DNA from: a virus
Taxonomy: Duplodnaviria > Heunggongvirae > Uroviricota > Caudoviricetes
Strand: one strand, 5' to 3'
DNA: 18,333 nucleotides
Virus record (IMG/VR): IMGVR_UViG_2778261506_000010
The notes under the pieces were generated by a model. The model was given only the letters and a program-made list of their open reading frames with translations. It was not told the DNA's origin and searched no databases. How positions within the stretch are numbered: position 1 is the first letter of the stretch; every line of letters begins with the position of its first letter. This document shows positions 16,317-18,333 of the stretch, piece by piece. Made by a program: the position numbers and the translations under genes.

Positions 16317-18233
16317 ATGGCAGAGCAAACCTCGCGTCTCGCAATAATTATTGATAGCACTGGAGCGAAAAATAATGCTGACAATCTGACCTCCTCATTA
16401 GTCAAAATGACGCAGGCTGGGGAAACTGCTGCAAATAGCGCAGGGAAAGTGACTAAGGCAACAGAAGATGAGAAGAACGCGCTCGCAAAATTAAAAGCAG
16501 CTATTGATCCAGTTGGTGCCGCAATTGATACTGTCGGTCGACGCTATTCTGAATTAAAGAAATTTTTCGATAAAGGGCTTATTGATAAAGAAGAATATGA
16601 ATTTCTTGTCCGTAAACTTAATGAAACCACAGAGGAATTGAGCGGGGTTGCGCAAGCGCAGAGAGAAGCCGAGAAGGCCGGAAAACTTGCTGCCGCCCAG
16701 CAGGAAGCGCAGGCTCAGGCCTTTCAAAGAATGCTGGACAAGATCGACCCTCTGGCTGCGGCGCTAAGAAATCTTGAACAACAGCATGATGAACTTAATG
16801 CTGCGTTTGCATCCGGGAAAATAAATGGTTCTCAGTTTGAGAATTATAGCCGAAAAATACAGGAAACACGGCGAGAGCTTACCGGAGAGGCTCAGGCAGA
16901 GCGAGAAGCAGCAAAAGCGCATGATGAACAGGTTGTTGCTTTGCAACGTCTGATTGCTCAACTTGATCCTGTCGGAACTGCTTTTAATCGTCTGGTAGAA
17001 CAACAGAAACAGCTCAATGAAGCAAAAGCTAAGGGGATGCTTTCTCCTGAAATGTATGAGGAGCTTTCTGGAAAACTTCGTGCTATGCGGAGTGAGCTTG
17101 AGGTTACTCAATCACAATTAAGCAAAACCGGAATGTCGGCAAAACAAACGGCTTTTGCTATGCGCATGTTGCCTGCACAAATGACGGATATTGTTGTTGG
17201 GTTGTCCACTGGTCAGTCGCCATTTATGGTGTTAATGCAGCAGGGCGGCCAGCTAAAAGATATGTTCGGTGGGATTGGCCCGGCGATCAAAGGTGTAGGT
17301 TCTTATGTGCTGGGATTAATTAATCCTTTTACCCTGGCCGCAGCAGCCGTTGGGGTCTTAGGACTGGCTTACTATAAAGGCTCTCAGGAGCAGGACGAAT
17401 TTAATAAATCTCTTATTCTTACCGGAAATCAGTTGGGGACAACCAGCGGGCAATTGGGCGATATAGCTCAACGTGCCGGGAATGCGGCTGATTCGACAAC
17501 TGGTGCTGCGGCGGCAGTATTAAATCAGCTTGTGCGTTCGGGAAAGGTAGCGAGCAGTTCGCTGGAGCAAGTGACGACAGCGATAGTAAAAACGAGCGAA
17601 GTAACAGGAATATCAACCGAACAACTGGTTAATGACTTCAATGAAATTGCAAAGGATCCTGTCAGTGCCATATCAAAACTTAATGATCAGTACCATTTTC
17701 TGACACTTGCGACTTATAACCAGATTAAGGCGCTACAGGATGAAGGGAACCAGCAGGAGGCCGCCCGCATTGCGACAGAAGAATACTCATCCTCAATGAT
17801 CCAGCGCACCAACCAGATTAAAGAAAATCTTGGTTATCTTGAGACTGCATGGAAAGCTGTCGCAGACTCCGCAAAATGGGCATGGGATTCCATGCTGGAT
17901 ATTGGCCGTGAGGCCTCCCTTGATCAAAAAATCTCAGATGTTCTCCGTCAAATTGATGAAATAGAAAAAAATACCCGACCCGGAGTTTTCGGGTTAGGTG
18001 GCATTGGAGATGGCGGAGCTCAAAATAAAAGGCTGGCACGATTAAAGCAGCAATTGGGCGTACTTCAAGCAGAAAAAATTGCTCAGGACGTACTAAATTC
18101 ATCAATAAACGATTACAACAAGCGACAACAGGAAGGAATTGAACTCAGACAGAGAGCAGATGCCTTTTCAAAACAATATCAGACCCGGGAGCAGCAGAGA
18201 GCTAGGGAAGGTGCGAACAAGTTCCTGATATGA
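16317..18233 (+). CDS. tail tape measure protein (lambda gpH-like), N-terminal ~630 codons; 3' part interrupted by an IS5-family insertion
   Basis: SD AGGAG 9 nt upstream of ATG 16317. Central block ...[39 protein letters not shown]...[22 protein letters not shown]... matches lambda H from memory. From 18206 the frame runs into IS sequence; the last ~9 codons (REGANKFLI) and the stop at 18231-18233 are IS-derived. Confidence 0.75.
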
Positions 18234-18333
18234 GATCATCATATTCATACGGAGCGCATCCCAGAGGGACATCATGAGCCATCAACTCACCTTCGCCGAT
18301 AGTGAATTCAGCACTAAGCGCCGTCAGACCCGA
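18206..18333 (+). mobile_element. IS5-family insertion sequence, left end (continues beyond window)
   Basis: Terminal inverted repeat GGAAGGTGCGAACAAG at 18206-18221, immediately preceded by CTAG (18202-18205), which fits the IS5 YTAR target. Downstream sequence matches the transposase-proximal end of IS5 from memory. Confidence 0.85.
18274..18333 (+). CDS. insH: IS5-family transposase (InsH-like), first 20 codons; 3' end beyond window
   Basis: ATG 18274; translation [20 protein letters not shown] is nearly identical to the IS5 InsH N-terminus as recalled ([20 protein letters not shown]...). Confidence 0.85.
   Translation, partial: [20 protein letters not shown]

Noticed and set aside
1060-18105. 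All minus-strand ORFs in the track (61-162 aa; e.g. 1060-1245, 4018-4446, 5250-5957, 6095-6621, 6702-6989, 8138-8902, 9021-9215, 9783-10475, 10472-10729, 11024-11386, 14426-14677, 15187-15378, 15628-15894, 16764-17111, 17419-17616, 17818-18105)
   Set aside because: Each lies entirely antisense to a well-supported + strand gene; none has a convincing SD or recognisable domain, and the late region is a single co-directional unit. Treated as chance antisense ORFs.
18206-18233. Last ~9 codons and stop of the tape measure ORF as given in the track (REGANKFLI*)
   Set aside because: These codons are read from the IS5-family terminal repeat, not native tape measure sequence; the native frame is interrupted at 18205/18206.
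1-18333. tRNA, rRNA or attachment-site sequences
   Set aside because: No cloverleaf-like or rRNA-like segments and no obvious direct repeats flanking a module were recognised by eye; integrase and att sites are presumably outside this window.

Overview
This window reads as the late region of a lambdoid enterobacterial prophage, with every supported gene on the + strand. The trkG / ParB-like / ydaY-like arrangement resembles the E. coli K-12 Rac prophage as I recall it, which I could not verify by search. Gene order: (1) the 3' end of an AT-rich AraC/Rns-family regulator; (2) a lysis cassette of S21-type pinholin with an M-K-S-M dual start, a SAR (signal-anchor-release) endolysin, and Rz with Rz1 nested in the +1 frame; (3) an AT-rich TrkH/TrkG-family K+ transporter cargo gene; (4) an accessory module just upstream of the packaging genes, made of a ParB-like nuclease-domain gene translationally coupled to a GT-A-like putative glycosyltransferase plus a small HTH-like ORF, which is my best candidate for an undescribed DNA-modification or anti-defence system; (5) terminase small and large subunits, portal, head-morphogenesis protein, scaffold, major capsid, four neck proteins, major tail protein, and a G/GT tail chaperone pair with a canonical A AAA AAG -1 frameshift site; (6) a lambda gpH-like tape measure gene cut at a CTAG target by the left end of an IS5-family element that runs off the window. 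Several intrinsic terminators or hairpins sit between late genes, and a TGCGCA direct-repeat array inside the terminase small subunit gene is a candidate pac site. No tRNA, rRNA or CRISPR array was seen. All family assignments are from reading the translations by eye and from recalled homologues; no searches or computations were run.
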